The notes under the pieces are model-generated. The model saw nothing but the letters and a program-made list of their open reading frames with translations, made no database searches and was not told the DNA's origin. From assembly GCA_033764615.1 (NCBI GenBank), contig JANRIU010000061.1, positions 31,090-95,089 on the forward strand: a stretch of 64,000 bases of DNA, read 5' to 3'. The first letter of the stretch is position 1, and every line of letters starts with the position of its first letter. The translations under genes and the position numbers were made by a program. Source of the DNA: Gemmatimonadales bacterium. GTDB lineage: Bacteria > Gemmatimonadota > Gemmatimonadetes > Gemmatimonadales > GWC2-71-9. Below are positions 1 to 9,906 of the stretch, piece after piece.

Positions 1-144
1 CGTCGATCGCACGCTCCAGGCGGTGGAACTGCAGCGGGTCGAGCCGCGCGACGCGCGCCTCGCCGAGCTGTGGCGCGAACGGGTGGGACTCATGGACGCG
101 CTCGTCGACGTGCACGTCACGCGCGCGGGCCGGGTGGGGCTGTA

Positions 145-203
145 GGCGGACGGGCGGACGATCAGGGGGGCAGGGGGACGTTCCGCCCGCCCGCCAGTCC
201 GCC
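145..203. repeat. Family A GC-rich octamer-array inverted repeat
   Basis: G-rich arm ggcggacgggcggacg (145-160) faces C-rich arm ccgcccgcccgccagtccgcc (183-203). It lies just upstream of the PDZ gene start. Confidence 0.6.
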
Positions 204-225
204 CCAACAACGAGGAGTGGTTCGG

Positions 226-1248
226 ATGCGGATGCTGACGGTGGTGGTGGTCGGGGCCGTGATCGCGGGTGTGCCCGCGATGCTGGTGGCGCAGGAGAAG
301 GAGAAGGAGCGCGACACGCGGCGCGAGCGGGTGCGCGTCGAGCGGCGGATGGAGCCGGGCGATGGCCACGCCGAGATGTTCATGTTCGGCGGGCCGGAGG
401 GGCTGCCGCCCGGTGCCGTGCGCATCATGGGGAACTTCCGCCGCCAGCGTCTCGGCGTCGCCGTGAACCTCCGCGCGACCGCCGCCGACTCGATTGGCGC
501 GTCGCTCGACGCGGTCACGCCCGGCAGCCCCGCTGCCAAGGCCGGGCTGCGCGGTGGTGACATCATCACGAAGCTCAATGGCGAGTCGCTCACGAGCGGG
601 CGTACGCGCCGGGACGCCGAGGAGGACGAGTCGGTGCCGGGCCTGCGCCTGGTGGAGCGCGCCGCGCGCCTCAAGCCGGGCGACACGGTGAGCGTCGAGT
701 ACCGGCGTGGCAGCGAAACGCGCACCGCCACGGCGGTGCTCGAGCGTGGCGGCGACCGCGACGTCGACATCGTGATGCGCGATGGCGCCTGGCGGGACGA
801 CGAGGGCGCACGCGTCTTCACATTCGGCGGTCCCGGTGGGCCGAGCCCCGAGGCGCTCCGCAACCGCATCCGCCGCGAGATCCGCGGCCGCGTCATGCCC
901 GGCGGGCCCGGTGCCTTCATGTTCGAGATGGAGGGGCCGCTCGCCGACCTGGAACTCGTGTCGCTGAATTCGGACCTCGGCAAGTACTTCGGCGCGACGG
1001 AGGGCGTGCTCGTCGTCAGCGCGCCGGCCGACAGCCCGCTTGGCCTCAAGGGCGGCGACGTGGTGGTGAGCGTCGATGGCCGGAAGCCGACGGGACCGAG
1101 CCACTTCATGCGCATCCTGCGCACGTACGACAAGGGTGAGAACGTGAAGCTCGAGATCCTCCGCGACCGCCGGAAGCAGACGGTCACGGGGAAGCTCGCC
1201 GCACTCGGCGGCGGGATGCGCGGCGACGGGGACGGGCTGGGGGAGTAG
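226..1248 (+). CDS. Secreted protein with two PDZ domains
   Basis: In-frame ATG at 226 of ORF 70..1248 gives a signal-like N-terminus MRMLTVVVVGAVIAGVPAMLVAQ. Two PDZ-type motifs are present (TPGSPAAKAGLRGGDIITKLNG; SAPADSPLGLKGGDVVVSVDG). The 52 upstream codons are Arg/Gly-rich and run through a family A repeat. Confidence 0.75.
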   Translation: MRMLTVVVVGAVIAGVPAMLVAQEKEKERDTRRERVRVERRMEPGDGHAEMFMFGGPEGLPPGAVRIMGNFRRQRLGVAVNLRATAADSIGASLDAVTPGSPAAKAGLRGGDIITKLNGESLTSGRTRRDAEEDESVPGLRLVERAARLKPGDTVSVEYRRGSETRTATAVLERGGDRDVDIVMRDGAWRDDEGARVFTFGGPGGPSPEALRNRIRREIRGRVMPGGPGAFMFEMEGPLADLELVSLNSDLGKYFGATEGVLVVSAPADSPLGLKGGDVVVSVDGRKPTGPSHFMRILRTYDKGENVKLEILRDRRKQTVTGKLAALGGGMRGDGDGLGE

Positions 1249-1273
1249 CGAAGCAAAGGCGGCATGACGGGCT

Positions 1274-1306
1274 GACGGGCGGCTGCGCGGGGCGCGGCCG
1301 CCCGTC
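1274..1306 (+). terminator. GC-rich hairpin downstream of PDZ gene (possible terminator)
   Basis: gacgggcggc (1274-1283) pairs perfectly with gccgcccgtc (1297-1306) across a 13-nt loop. Only a weak T run (ggctttcgc) follows. Confidence 0.35.
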
Positions 1307-1355
1307 GGCTTTCGCGGCTGGTGCGGCGTGGCGAGGCGGCGTACCAGCGCATGCC

Positions 1356-1394
1356 GGCAAGGTTGCTTCGGCCGCTTCGCGGCCGCGCACTGAC
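1356..1394. repeat. Family B element, degenerate single arm
   Basis: ggcaaggttgcttcggccgcttcgcggccgcgcactgac resembles the right arm consensus aaggttgcttcgctcgctgcgcgagctcgcaatgac. Confidence 0.45.
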
Positions 1395-1608
1395 AAATCA
1401 ATCTCTTGCCGCGCGCGCACGCGGGGCGCTTCATCTGCCGACCGGCGTCGCCGAAAGGTGTGGTGGTGCTGCAATATCTGTTGTGGCTGGAAGCCCGCAC
1501 TGCCACTATCTCGTCAGCCTAACGCTTTGTGATCGATGGCTTTGCCGCAGGCGTGATACTTGCGCGTGAGAAGAGGCAGATTCTCCAAATCCCACACCGA
1601 GGTTCCCA

Positions 1609-2277
1609 ATGAAGCTCCGCCTCCTCTCCGCGACGGCTGCGCTCGCCGGCCTCATCGCCGCGCCGGCGTCGGCGCAGTTCACCATCGGCACGTCGAACGG
1701 CCAGAACTGCTTCCCGTTCGGTTGCCAGAGCGGCACGTCGACGCGCTACCAGCAGGTGTACCGCGCCGGCGCGTTCAGCGGCCCCGTGTCGATCACCAGT
1801 GTCGCGTTCCGCAACCCGTCGGCCGGCACGCTCAACGAGGGCACCTTCCAGATGTACCTGTCGACGACCACGCTCGGTCTCAATGTCGACGGCCCCGCCG
1901 GCATCAGCTCCGTGAGCTTCGATGCGAACCGCGGCGCGGACAACGTGCTCTTCGCGACCCTTGTGATCCCCAGCGGGAGCACCGCCACGCAGGTCTACTT
2001 CTCGGGCGCTGCGTTCTCGTACAACCCGGGCGCGGGGAACCTCCTCGTCGACATCGTCTCCAACATCACGACCGGCGGTAGCGCCTCCCTCGAAGCCATG
2101 AACGGCGGCTCCGCCGACTTCAGCCGAGTGCATGATTTCGGCACCGCGTTCGAGGAGTGGGGTCTCGTGACCGACTTCAATGGTCGGCCCAACACGGTCG
2201 TCCCCGAGCCCGGCACGGTGGTGCTGATGGGGAGCGGCCTCGTGGCGCTCGTCGCGGCAGCGCGGCGCAAGCGGTAG
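1609..2277 (+). CDS. PEP-CTERM sorting-domain protein
   Basis: Signal peptide MKLRLLSATAALAGLIAAPASAQ. The C-terminus VPEPGTVVLMGSGLVALVAAARRKR is a PEP motif, a TM helix and a basic tail. A gagg lies 6 nt upstream of the ATG, and a strong terminator follows. Confidence 0.85.
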   Translation: MKLRLLSATAALAGLIAAPASAQFTIGTSNGQNCFPFGCQSGTSTRYQQVYRAGAFSGPVSITSVAFRNPSAGTLNEGTFQMYLSTTTLGLNVDGPAGISSVSFDANRGADNVLFATLVIPSGSTATQVYFSGAAFSYNPGAGNLLVDIVSNITTGGSASLEAMNGGSADFSRVHDFGTAFEEWGLVTDFNGRPNTVVPEPGTVVLMGSGLVALVAAARRKR

Positions 2278-2298
2278 CTCGCGCGCGCAGTGTGGTGC

Positions 2299-2339
2299 AA
2301 CCGGGCGGAGCCGATCGGCTCCGCCCGGTTTGTTTTTTT
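2299..2339 (+). terminator. Rho-independent terminator
   Basis: Perfect stem ccgggcggagcc (2301-2312) / ggctccgcccgg (2317-2328) with loop gatc, followed by tttgttttttt (2329-2339). Confidence 0.85.
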
Positions 2340-2381
2340 CTGCGGCCGTGCGGGCGAGTGCGCGGGGTACGAGCGCTCGCC

Positions 2382-2469
2382 GGCAAGGTTGCTTCGGCCG
2401 CTGCGCGACCTCGCAATGACGGCGATGGCGGTCATCGCGTTCGGGCGGGCACCGCGGCCTCGCGATGAC
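2382..2469. repeat. Family B right arm plus related gtcatcgcg/cgcgatgac palindrome
   Basis: ggcaaggttgcttcggccgctgcgcgacctcgcaatgac (2382-2420), then gtcatcgcg...cgcgatgac (2431-2469). Confidence 0.55.
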
Positions 2470-2479
2470 GATCGAACCC

Positions 2480-3616
2480 CTACGGCTGCACCGTCGCCGC
2501 GGCACTCGTGTCGGCGACGGGCGCCGCGGCGGGCGGCTTCTTCTTCGGGCGCCAGAGCGGGCCGAGCAGCTGGCGGCCGCGCGGCAGCGGGGCCACGTCC
2601 GGCTCGTCCTTGAGGAACGTGAGCCCGCGCGCGATCACCGCCTGGATCCGGTCGGGGTCGTTCCCCATCGCCTCGCGGTTCTCCGGCGCGTACCAGAACC
2701 GCGCCTCCGACGAGTCGCTGATGATGAGCGACGGATACAGCTCGGAGAAGATCGTCACCACCTCGAGCCTGGTCGGCTCGCGCTTCGGGTCCAGCTTCGT
2801 CAGGCGCCACTCCATCCGCCGCGGCATCGCCGTCGTCGCATCGATGAAGATCACGCCCTCCCAATCGGGGCTCCCGATGCCGACGAGCGGCTCGAACCGC
2901 ACCCGGATCAGCTTCCCCGCCGGCGCGTCCTCCGTGCCGTCATAGCTGAAGCAGTGGTTCCGGTCGAACTCGTCGCTCGCCAGCGAGCCGAGGTCGGGGA
3001 TCGGCGCCGACCAGCCGCCGTTCCCCGTGCGCTTGAGGATGCCGCCGCGCCGGTACGCCGCCCCCTCCAGGCTGTCGGGGATCGACTGGTCGCTGATGAG
3101 CTGGCGGAGCCGCGAGGTGTAGCGCCACGTCGGCCGCTGTGCCGTCACCACCGCCGGGTACGCCTTCACCAGCGACGTGAAGCGCACCGACGCCTCGCGC
3201 ACCTGCTCGAAGATGGAGCGGAGCCGCTCGTCCTGCGTGAGGAGGAATCCGCCCTGCTCGCAGGCGCTCTTGGTCACCAGCTCCGGCAGCACGAACGCGA
3301 CCGGTTCGAGCGCGACGTCCACCGTGCGCACCTTCACCGCGGCATCGGCGGGCAGCGTGACCGGGATGTCGCGGAACTTGAAGCCGACCTGCCGCACCCG
3401 CAGGGTCAGCGGCCCTGACGGCACGTTGCGCAGGGTGTACCGCCCCGCCGCGTCGGTGAACGCCGACCGCTTCCCGTCGAGCGTCCGCACTTCGGCGAGG
3501 GCGATCGGCGCGCTGGTGGCCGACGAGGTGACCCGCCCGGTGACGGTCCAGTCCTGCTGGGCGGGGAGGGCGGCGGGGACGAGCAGCAGCGCGGCGAGGA
3601 GGAGCGAGCGGGGCAT
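2480..3616 (-). CDS. Secreted carboxypeptidase-regulatory-like (CarboxypepD_reg) domain protein
   Basis: Signal peptide MPRSLLLAALLLVPAALPAQ, then TVTGRVTSSATSAPIALAEVRTLDGKRSAFTDAAGRYTLRNVPSGPLTLRVRQVGF, typical of the beta-sandwich domain. The remainder is uncharacterised. Confidence 0.7.
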   Translation of the reverse strand: MPRSLLLAALLLVPAALPAQQDWTVTGRVTSSATSAPIALAEVRTLDGKRSAFTDAAGRYTLRNVPSGPLTLRVRQVGFKFRDIPVTLPADAAVKVRTVDVALEPVAFVLPELVTKSACEQGGFLLTQDERLRSIFEQVREASVRFTSLVKAYPAVVTAQRPTWRYTSRLRQLISDQSIPDSLEGAAYRRGGILKRTGNGGWSAPIPDLGSLASDEFDRNHCFSYDGTEDAPAGKLIRVRFEPLVGIGSPDWEGVIFIDATTAMPRRMEWRLTKLDPKREPTRLEVVTIFSELYPSLIISDSSEARFWYAPENREAMGNDPDRIQAVIARGLTFLKDEPDVAPLPRGRQLLGPLWRPKKKPPAAAPVADTSAAATVQP

Positions 3617-3708
3617 GGCTGGAAGCTAGGCGGCCCATGGGGCCAGCGGGCCGGAGGCCAGGGTCCACCTCGGACCGCACGGCTGCCTGCCCGCCTGCCC
3701 TCATGCCC

Positions 3709-5451
<1,743 letters not shown>

Positions 5452-5521
5452 CGCTGCTCCTCGAAGTGGTGCCGCTCGTGGATCGGTGCGGGGCCGGCGC
5501 CGCCGGACCCCTGGAACACGA

Positions 5522-5608
5522 ACGCCCCGCCGGTGGTGGCGGGGCGTCTCGTTCAGTGCGGGTGGGCTCGGCGACTACACGCTACCGGGCCCGTGGGAGA
5601 CGCCCCGC
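5522..5608 (-). promoter_or_regulatory. Candidate transcription attenuator (alternative antiterminator/terminator hairpins)
   Basis: On the minus-strand RNA, segment A gcggggcgtctc (5608-5597) is perfectly complementary to segment B gagacgccccgc (5549-5538). B also pairs with segment C ggcggggcgt (5531-5522) to form a 10-bp terminator-like stem with loop accacc and tail tcgtgttcc. Confidence 0.4.
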
Positions 5609-5649
5609 GGGTCAGTAAAGAAGTAGCCGTACCACGCCTGTCGCTGCAT
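5575..5649 (-). CDS. Candidate 24-aa aromatic-rich leader peptide
   Basis: atg cag cga cag gcg tgg tac ggc tac ttc ttt act gac ccg cgg ggc gtc tcc cac ggg ccc ggt agc gtg tag translates to MQRQAWYGYFFTDPRGVSHGPGSV. It carries W, Y, Y, F, F within 6 codons and runs through attenuator segment A. I found no clear SD. Confidence 0.35.
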   Translation of the reverse strand: MQRQAWYGYFFTDPRGVSHGPGSV

Positions 5650-5688
5650 TCAGGGAAGGTGCGCGGGGGGCGGGGGGTATGTCAAGGA

Positions 5689-5777
5689 GGGCGGACGAGC
5701 GGACGGGCGGTCGGGCGGACGCGACGGAGCTCCGCCCGTCAGGCGCGTCCGCTCGTCCGCTCGTCCGCCCGTCCGCC
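5689..5777. repeat. Family A inverted repeat
   Basis: G-rich arm gggcggacgagcggacgggcggtcgggcggacg (5689-5722) faces C-rich arm ccgcccgtcaggcgcgtccgctcgtccgctcgtccgcccgtccgcc (5732-5777). It sits in the divergent region between the leader/PDT-DAHPS gene and the OMP gene. Confidence 0.7.
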
Positions 5778-5790
5778 TACCTTCCGCGCC

Positions 5791-6846
5791 ATGCCTCCCC
5801 GCCCGCCTCTCCCCCTCCTCGTCCTCGCCCTCGTCGCCGCGCCGGTCGCCGCGCAGCAGGTGGCGCCGGGGCGCGACTTCACCACGCTCGCCGACGGGCT
5901 GCCGTGGTACGAGCCGACGAACCCGCTGATGCAGGCGCGCTCCGGGCTCGCGTTCATCCCGTACGTCCCCGCGAAGCCCGGCCTGCAGGTCGCGATCTAC
6001 ACCGACTACGCCAGCGCCACCGAGCAGGTGCGCTTCACGGCGCAGAACCGGAACCTGCTCCTCGTCGACGGCGAGTTCCTGCGCCTCGGCGCGCGCCTGA
6101 CCCGCGACCTCTCGCCGCGGGCGTTCCTGCTCGCGGACGTGTCGGTGGGCGGCGCGTACGGCGGCTTCCTCGACGGCTTCCTCACCTGGTACCACGACCT
6201 CTGGGGCTTCCCCACGCCCGACCGCCAGCGCTTCCAGGGCGGGCAGTTCGGCTTCCAGGTCGAGCCGTTCGGCGGCGGCCTCGTCGCCACGGCGCCGACC
6301 AGCGGTCTGCACCTGAACGACGTGCGCCTCGGCGCCGGCTGGCGCCTCGCGCGCGGCGTGCAGCTCGTCGGCTCCGTCACGCTGCCGACGTCCTCCGCGC
6401 CGACCGCCGCGGTCGCGGGCCCGGCCGCCGCGACGGCCGGCACCACGGCGCGCGTCTACTCGCGCGGCACCGTCTCCGTGAACGCGACGCTCACGGGCCG
6501 CACCGCGCTCACGCCCCGCCTGCTGCTCGAGGGCTCGCTCGGCGCGGGCTACACGCCGGCCACGGGCGCCCTCGCCGCCTACCAGGCGACGACGTTCGCG
6601 AGCGCGAGCGCGGGCGGCCGCTGGCGCTTCGCCGGCGCCTTTTCCGCCTTCACCACCTTCTGGTGGCACTCGGCGCCGTACCGCAACACCGCGCTCGCCC
6701 CGCTCGACGACACCGACCTCTCGATCGACGTCGGCTTCCTCGTGCGCCCGCGCCGCGGCCCCGAGTGGACGTTCGCCCTCACCGAGGACCTGAGCCCGAG
6801 CGGCCCCGCCATCGACGCCACGTTCCGGGTCGGCGCGCGCTTCTGA
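5791..6846 (+). CDS. Putative outer-membrane beta-barrel protein
   Basis: In-frame ATG at 5791 gives signal peptide MPPRPPLPLLVLALVAAPVAAQQ. The sequence has alternating beta-strand-like composition and a C-terminal ...FRVGARF ending in Phe. Confidence 0.6.
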   Translation: MPPRPPLPLLVLALVAAPVAAQQVAPGRDFTTLADGLPWYEPTNPLMQARSGLAFIPYVPAKPGLQVAIYTDYASATEQVRFTAQNRNLLLVDGEFLRLGARLTRDLSPRAFLLADVSVGGAYGGFLDGFLTWYHDLWGFPTPDRQRFQGGQFGFQVEPFGGGLVATAPTSGLHLNDVRLGAGWRLARGVQLVGSVTLPTSSAPTAAVAGPAAATAGTTARVYSRGTVSVNATLTGRTALTPRLLLEGSLGAGYTPATGALAAYQATTFASASAGGRWRFAGAFSAFTTFWWHSAPYRNTALAPLDDTDLSIDVGFLVRPRRGPEWTFALTEDLSPSGPAIDATFRVGARF

Positions 6847-8240
6847 GCCGGCTCCTCGCCGACCTGCGCGAGGCGCTGGGCGGCTCCGACCAGGACTTCA
6901 CCGACGGCCCCGTCGGCCGCGCGGTGCTGCTCCTGGCCGTGCCGATGGTGGTCGAGATGATGATGGAGTCGCTGTTCGCGGTCACCGACGCCTTCTTCGT
7001 CGCGAAGCTCGGCGCGGACGCCGTCGCCACGGTCGGCCTCTCGGAGTCGCTCCTCACCATCGTCTACACCGTCGCGATGGGGCTCTCGATCGCCGTCACG
7101 TCCACCGTGGCGCGCCACGTCGGCGCCGGCGACCGGGACGCCGCGGCACGCGCGGCGGTGCAGGGGATCGTGGCGGGCCTCGCCATCGCCATCGTGCTCT
7201 CGGCCCTCGGCATCGCGTACGCGCCGGAGCTGCTCCGGCTCATGGGCGCGAGCGAGGCGGTGATCCGAACGGGCACCGGCTTCACGCGCGTCCTCCTCGG
7301 CGGCGAGGCGACGGTGATCCTGCTGTTCCTCATCAACGCCGCCTTCCGCGGCGCCGGCGACGCCGCGGTGGCGATGCGGGTGCTCATCGTCTCGAACGTG
7401 CTGAACATCGTGCTCGACCCGCTGCTCATCTTCGGCATCGGGCCGTTCCCCGAGCTCGGCGTGACCGGCGCCGCCGTCGCGACGACGACGGGCCGCGGCG
7501 TCGGCGTGCTGCTGCAGCTGTGGGTGCTGCTCCGCGGCGCGGGGCGGCTCCGCGTCCGGCGCGCGCACCTCGTGCCCGACGGCGCGGTGCTCCGCGCCCT
7601 GCTCGCGCTGGCCGGGCCCGCCACGCTGCAGGTGTTCATCGGGACGGCGAGCTGGATCGGGCTCACGCGGGTGCTGGCACCGTTCGGGAGCGCGGCGCTG
7701 GCCGGCTACACGATCGGGATCCGCATCGTGATCTTCGCCATCCTCCCGGCCGTCGGCGTCGCCAACGCGGCGGCGACGATGGTCGGCCAGGCGCTCGGCG
7801 CGCGGAAGCCCGAACGCGCCGAGCAGGCCGCGTGGCTCGCCTGCCGGTACAACCTCGCGTTCCTCGGCGTGCTGGGGCTGGTGTTCGTGCTCGCGGCGCG
7901 GCCGCTCGTCGCGGTCTTCACGCGGGACGATGCGGTCGCGTCGGTGGCGGTCGACACGCTGCGCATCATCGCCGCCGGCTTCCCGTTCTACGCGTTCGGG
8001 ATGGTGCTCACCGAGGCGTTCAACGGCGCCGGCGACACGCTGACGCCGACGCTCATCAACCTCGGCGTCTTCTGGCTGTTCGAGATCCCGTTCGCGTGGG
8101 TCCTCGCCGTGCGCACCCCGCTGGGGCCGCGCGGCGTCTTCCTCGCGATCACGCTGGCGTTCTCGACGCTCGCCGTGGTGAGCGCGCTGCTGTTCCGGCG
8201 GGGCGGGTGGAAGCGGGCCCCGGGGCCCGCCCACCCGTGA
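6843..8240 (+). CDS. MATE family efflux transporter (start uncertain)
   Basis: GRAVLLLAVPMVVEMMMESLFAVTDAFFVAKLG is a typical MATE TM1, and the protein is multi-TM throughout. Candidate starts are CTG 6843 (overlapping the upstream TGA), GTG 6765 and GTG 6924. Confidence 0.8.
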   Translation: MSRLLADLREALGGSDQDFTDGPVGRAVLLLAVPMVVEMMMESLFAVTDAFFVAKLGADAVATVGLSESLLTIVYTVAMGLSIAVTSTVARHVGAGDRDAAARAAVQGIVAGLAIAIVLSALGIAYAPELLRLMGASEAVIRTGTGFTRVLLGGEATVILLFLINAAFRGAGDAAVAMRVLIVSNVLNIVLDPLLIFGIGPFPELGVTGAAVATTTGRGVGVLLQLWVLLRGAGRLRVRRAHLVPDGAVLRALLALAGPATLQVFIGTASWIGLTRVLAPFGSAALAGYTIGIRIVIFAILPAVGVANAAATMVGQALGARKPERAEQAAWLACRYNLAFLGVLGLVFVLAARPLVAVFTRDDAVASVAVDTLRIIAAGFPFYAFGMVLTEAFNGAGDTLTPTLINLGVFWLFEIPFAWVLAVRTPLGPRGVFLAITLAFSTLAVVSALLFRRGGWKRAPGPAHP

Positions 8241-8247
8241 TGCGGGA

Positions 8248-9894
8248 CTACCGCTTGTACTCCGCGACCGACCGCATCGCCTTCGCGCACTCGGGCCACG
8301 CCGGGCTCTTCCCCGTCCGCGGGTCGGCCGGCAGCGGGTCGAGCTTCTCGCGCGGCATCCGCTCCGGGTCCTCGCTCGCGAGGTAGGCGAGCATCGCGAC
8401 GAGCACGGCGTTCCCCCGCAGGTCGTCGAGCACCACCTTGTCGTACGTGTCGCGGTTCGTGTGCCATGTGGTCCACGGGTAGTCCCACGAGAGCGCGCCG
8501 AGCGAGAAGGCGGGCGCGCCGAGGCACTGGAAGCCTGCGTGGTCGCTGCCGCCGCCCGCCGGGCCGCTGGGCGGGCCGAAGCGGATGTACTGCGTCAGCT
8601 CCGCCGGCACCTCGCCGAGGTAGCGCTGCAACACCGGCGCGGCCTTCGGGAACGGCCCGGGGCCCATCCCGGCGATGCGCCCCGTCCCGTTGTCCTGGTT
8701 GAACAGCGCCTGCAGCCCCGCCACCACCTCCGGATGGTCCTCCGCGAACGCGCGTGAGCCGTTGAGCCCCTGCTCCTCGCCGTTCCAGTGCCCCACGAGG
8801 ATCGTGCGCGTCGGGTTGGGCAGCACCGCCTTCAGGATCCGCATCGCCTCCATCATCGTGATGGTGCCGGTGCCGTTGTCCGTGGCACCCGACGCGGCCG
8901 TCCACGAGTCGAAGTGCGCCGAGAGCACCACGTACTCGTCGCGCTTCGCGCCGCCCGGCAGTTCGGCGATCGTGTTCCACACCGGCTGCTCGCCCGTGAG
9001 GCGCGACGTGGCGCGGATCCGCACACGCGGCTTCTCCCCGCGCTCGACGAGGCGGTACAGCAGGCCGTAGTCCTCGCACGACAGGTCCATCGTGGGGACC
9101 TTCTGGCGCGGCGTGCCGAAGATCTTGTTGATGCCGGGGTAGTTGCTGAACTGCATGCTGAAGGCGCCGCGCGCCCGGATGCCGTCGAGCTTCGCGTGGA
9201 TGTCGACGGCGGCCACGAGCCGCTGCGCCCACGAGGCGCGCAGCGTGTCCTGCGCCGCCTTCATCGCCGCCTGCGAGGCGGGCGTCCCGAACTCGGCCCA
9301 CTGCTGCGGCGAGCGGCACGAGAGCTGGGGCGCGCTCGTCAGCACGAACTTCCCCTTCGCCTGCGGCAGCCACGCCTGGAACTGCTCCGGCGTGCCCACC
9401 TCCGGCACCATGATCACCTCGGCCTCGACGTCCTTGCCGTTCGTGCCGGGGCTCCACGCGAGCGTCATCCCCTCCAGCGTCTTCACGCGCGGCGCCACCA
9501 GGTCGATGTGCGAGACGCCGCGCTCCCAGCCGAGCCAGGTGCCGTACCGCTCGGCGCGCGCGGTCACGCCCCAGCCGCGGTACTGCCGCTGCGCCCACTC
9601 GCTCGCCTGCACGCCGGCGGGGGAGCCGGTGAGGCGGCCGCCCACGCCGTCCATCAGCTCCTGCGAAAGCCGCGTGACCTGCGAGCGCTGCATCCCCTCG
9701 TCCCAGATGCGCTGGATCACCGGGTCGGCCGGCGCCGTCTTCCGCACCCACGCGGGGAGCGACTCGGCGGGGATCGGCAGCGCCTGCGGGACCGGCTTCC
9801 ACGCCGGCTCCTGGCCGGGGCGCTGCGCATGCGCGCGCGGGGCGACGAGGGCGAGGGCGGCGAGCGCGAGGGCGGGACGGACGAAGCGGGACAT
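8248..9894 (-). CDS. Secreted M28 family metallopeptidase
   Basis: Signal peptide MSRFVRPALALAALALVAPRAHAQ. Motifs SAHFDSWTAASGATDNGTGTITMMEAMRIL and VGHWNGEEQGLNGSRAF. Confidence 0.85.
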   Translation of the reverse strand: MSRFVRPALALAALALVAPRAHAQRPGQEPAWKPVPQALPIPAESLPAWVRKTAPADPVIQRIWDEGMQRSQVTRLSQELMDGVGGRLTGSPAGVQASEWAQRQYRGWGVTARAERYGTWLGWERGVSHIDLVAPRVKTLEGMTLAWSPGTNGKDVEAEVIMVPEVGTPEQFQAWLPQAKGKFVLTSAPQLSCRSPQQWAEFGTPASQAAMKAAQDTLRASWAQRLVAAVDIHAKLDGIRARGAFSMQFSNYPGINKIFGTPRQKVPTMDLSCEDYGLLYRLVERGEKPRVRIRATSRLTGEQPVWNTIAELPGGAKRDEYVVLSAHFDSWTAASGATDNGTGTITMMEAMRILKAVLPNPTRTILVGHWNGEEQGLNGSRAFAEDHPEVVAGLQALFNQDNGTGRIAGMGPGPFPKAAPVLQRYLGEVPAELTQYIRFGPPSGPAGGGSDHAGFQCLGAPAFSLGALSWDYPWTTWHTNRDTYDKVVLDDLRGNAVLVAMLAYLASEDPERMPREKLDPLPADPRTGKSPAWPECAKAMRSVAEYKR

Positions 9895-9906
9895 GGCGAC
9901 TCCGGG

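Noticed and set aside
70-225. Upstream extensions of several track ORFs: 70-225 for the PDZ protein, 14514-14612 for the methyltransferase, 31240-31263 for the HDAC-like gene, 12305-12982 for DUF3299, and 55363-55491 for the helicase.
   Set aside because: The extensions are repeat-derived or low-complexity, or they overlap the upstream gene. In-frame internal starts give proper signal peptides or conserved N-termini.
162-1352. Long antisense or shadow ORFs throughout the window. Examples are 162..1352(-), 3701..5116(-), the 5' two-thirds of 3637..6846(+), 7988..10144(-), 19587..20744(+), 21680..23818(+), and the upstream parts of 37204..40833(-) and 40880..44317(-).
   Set aside because: Their translations are Arg/Ala/Gly/Pro-rich low complexity with no motifs. 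They overlap well-supported genes on the other strand or frame. This is the expected artefact of about 70% GC, where stop codons are rare.
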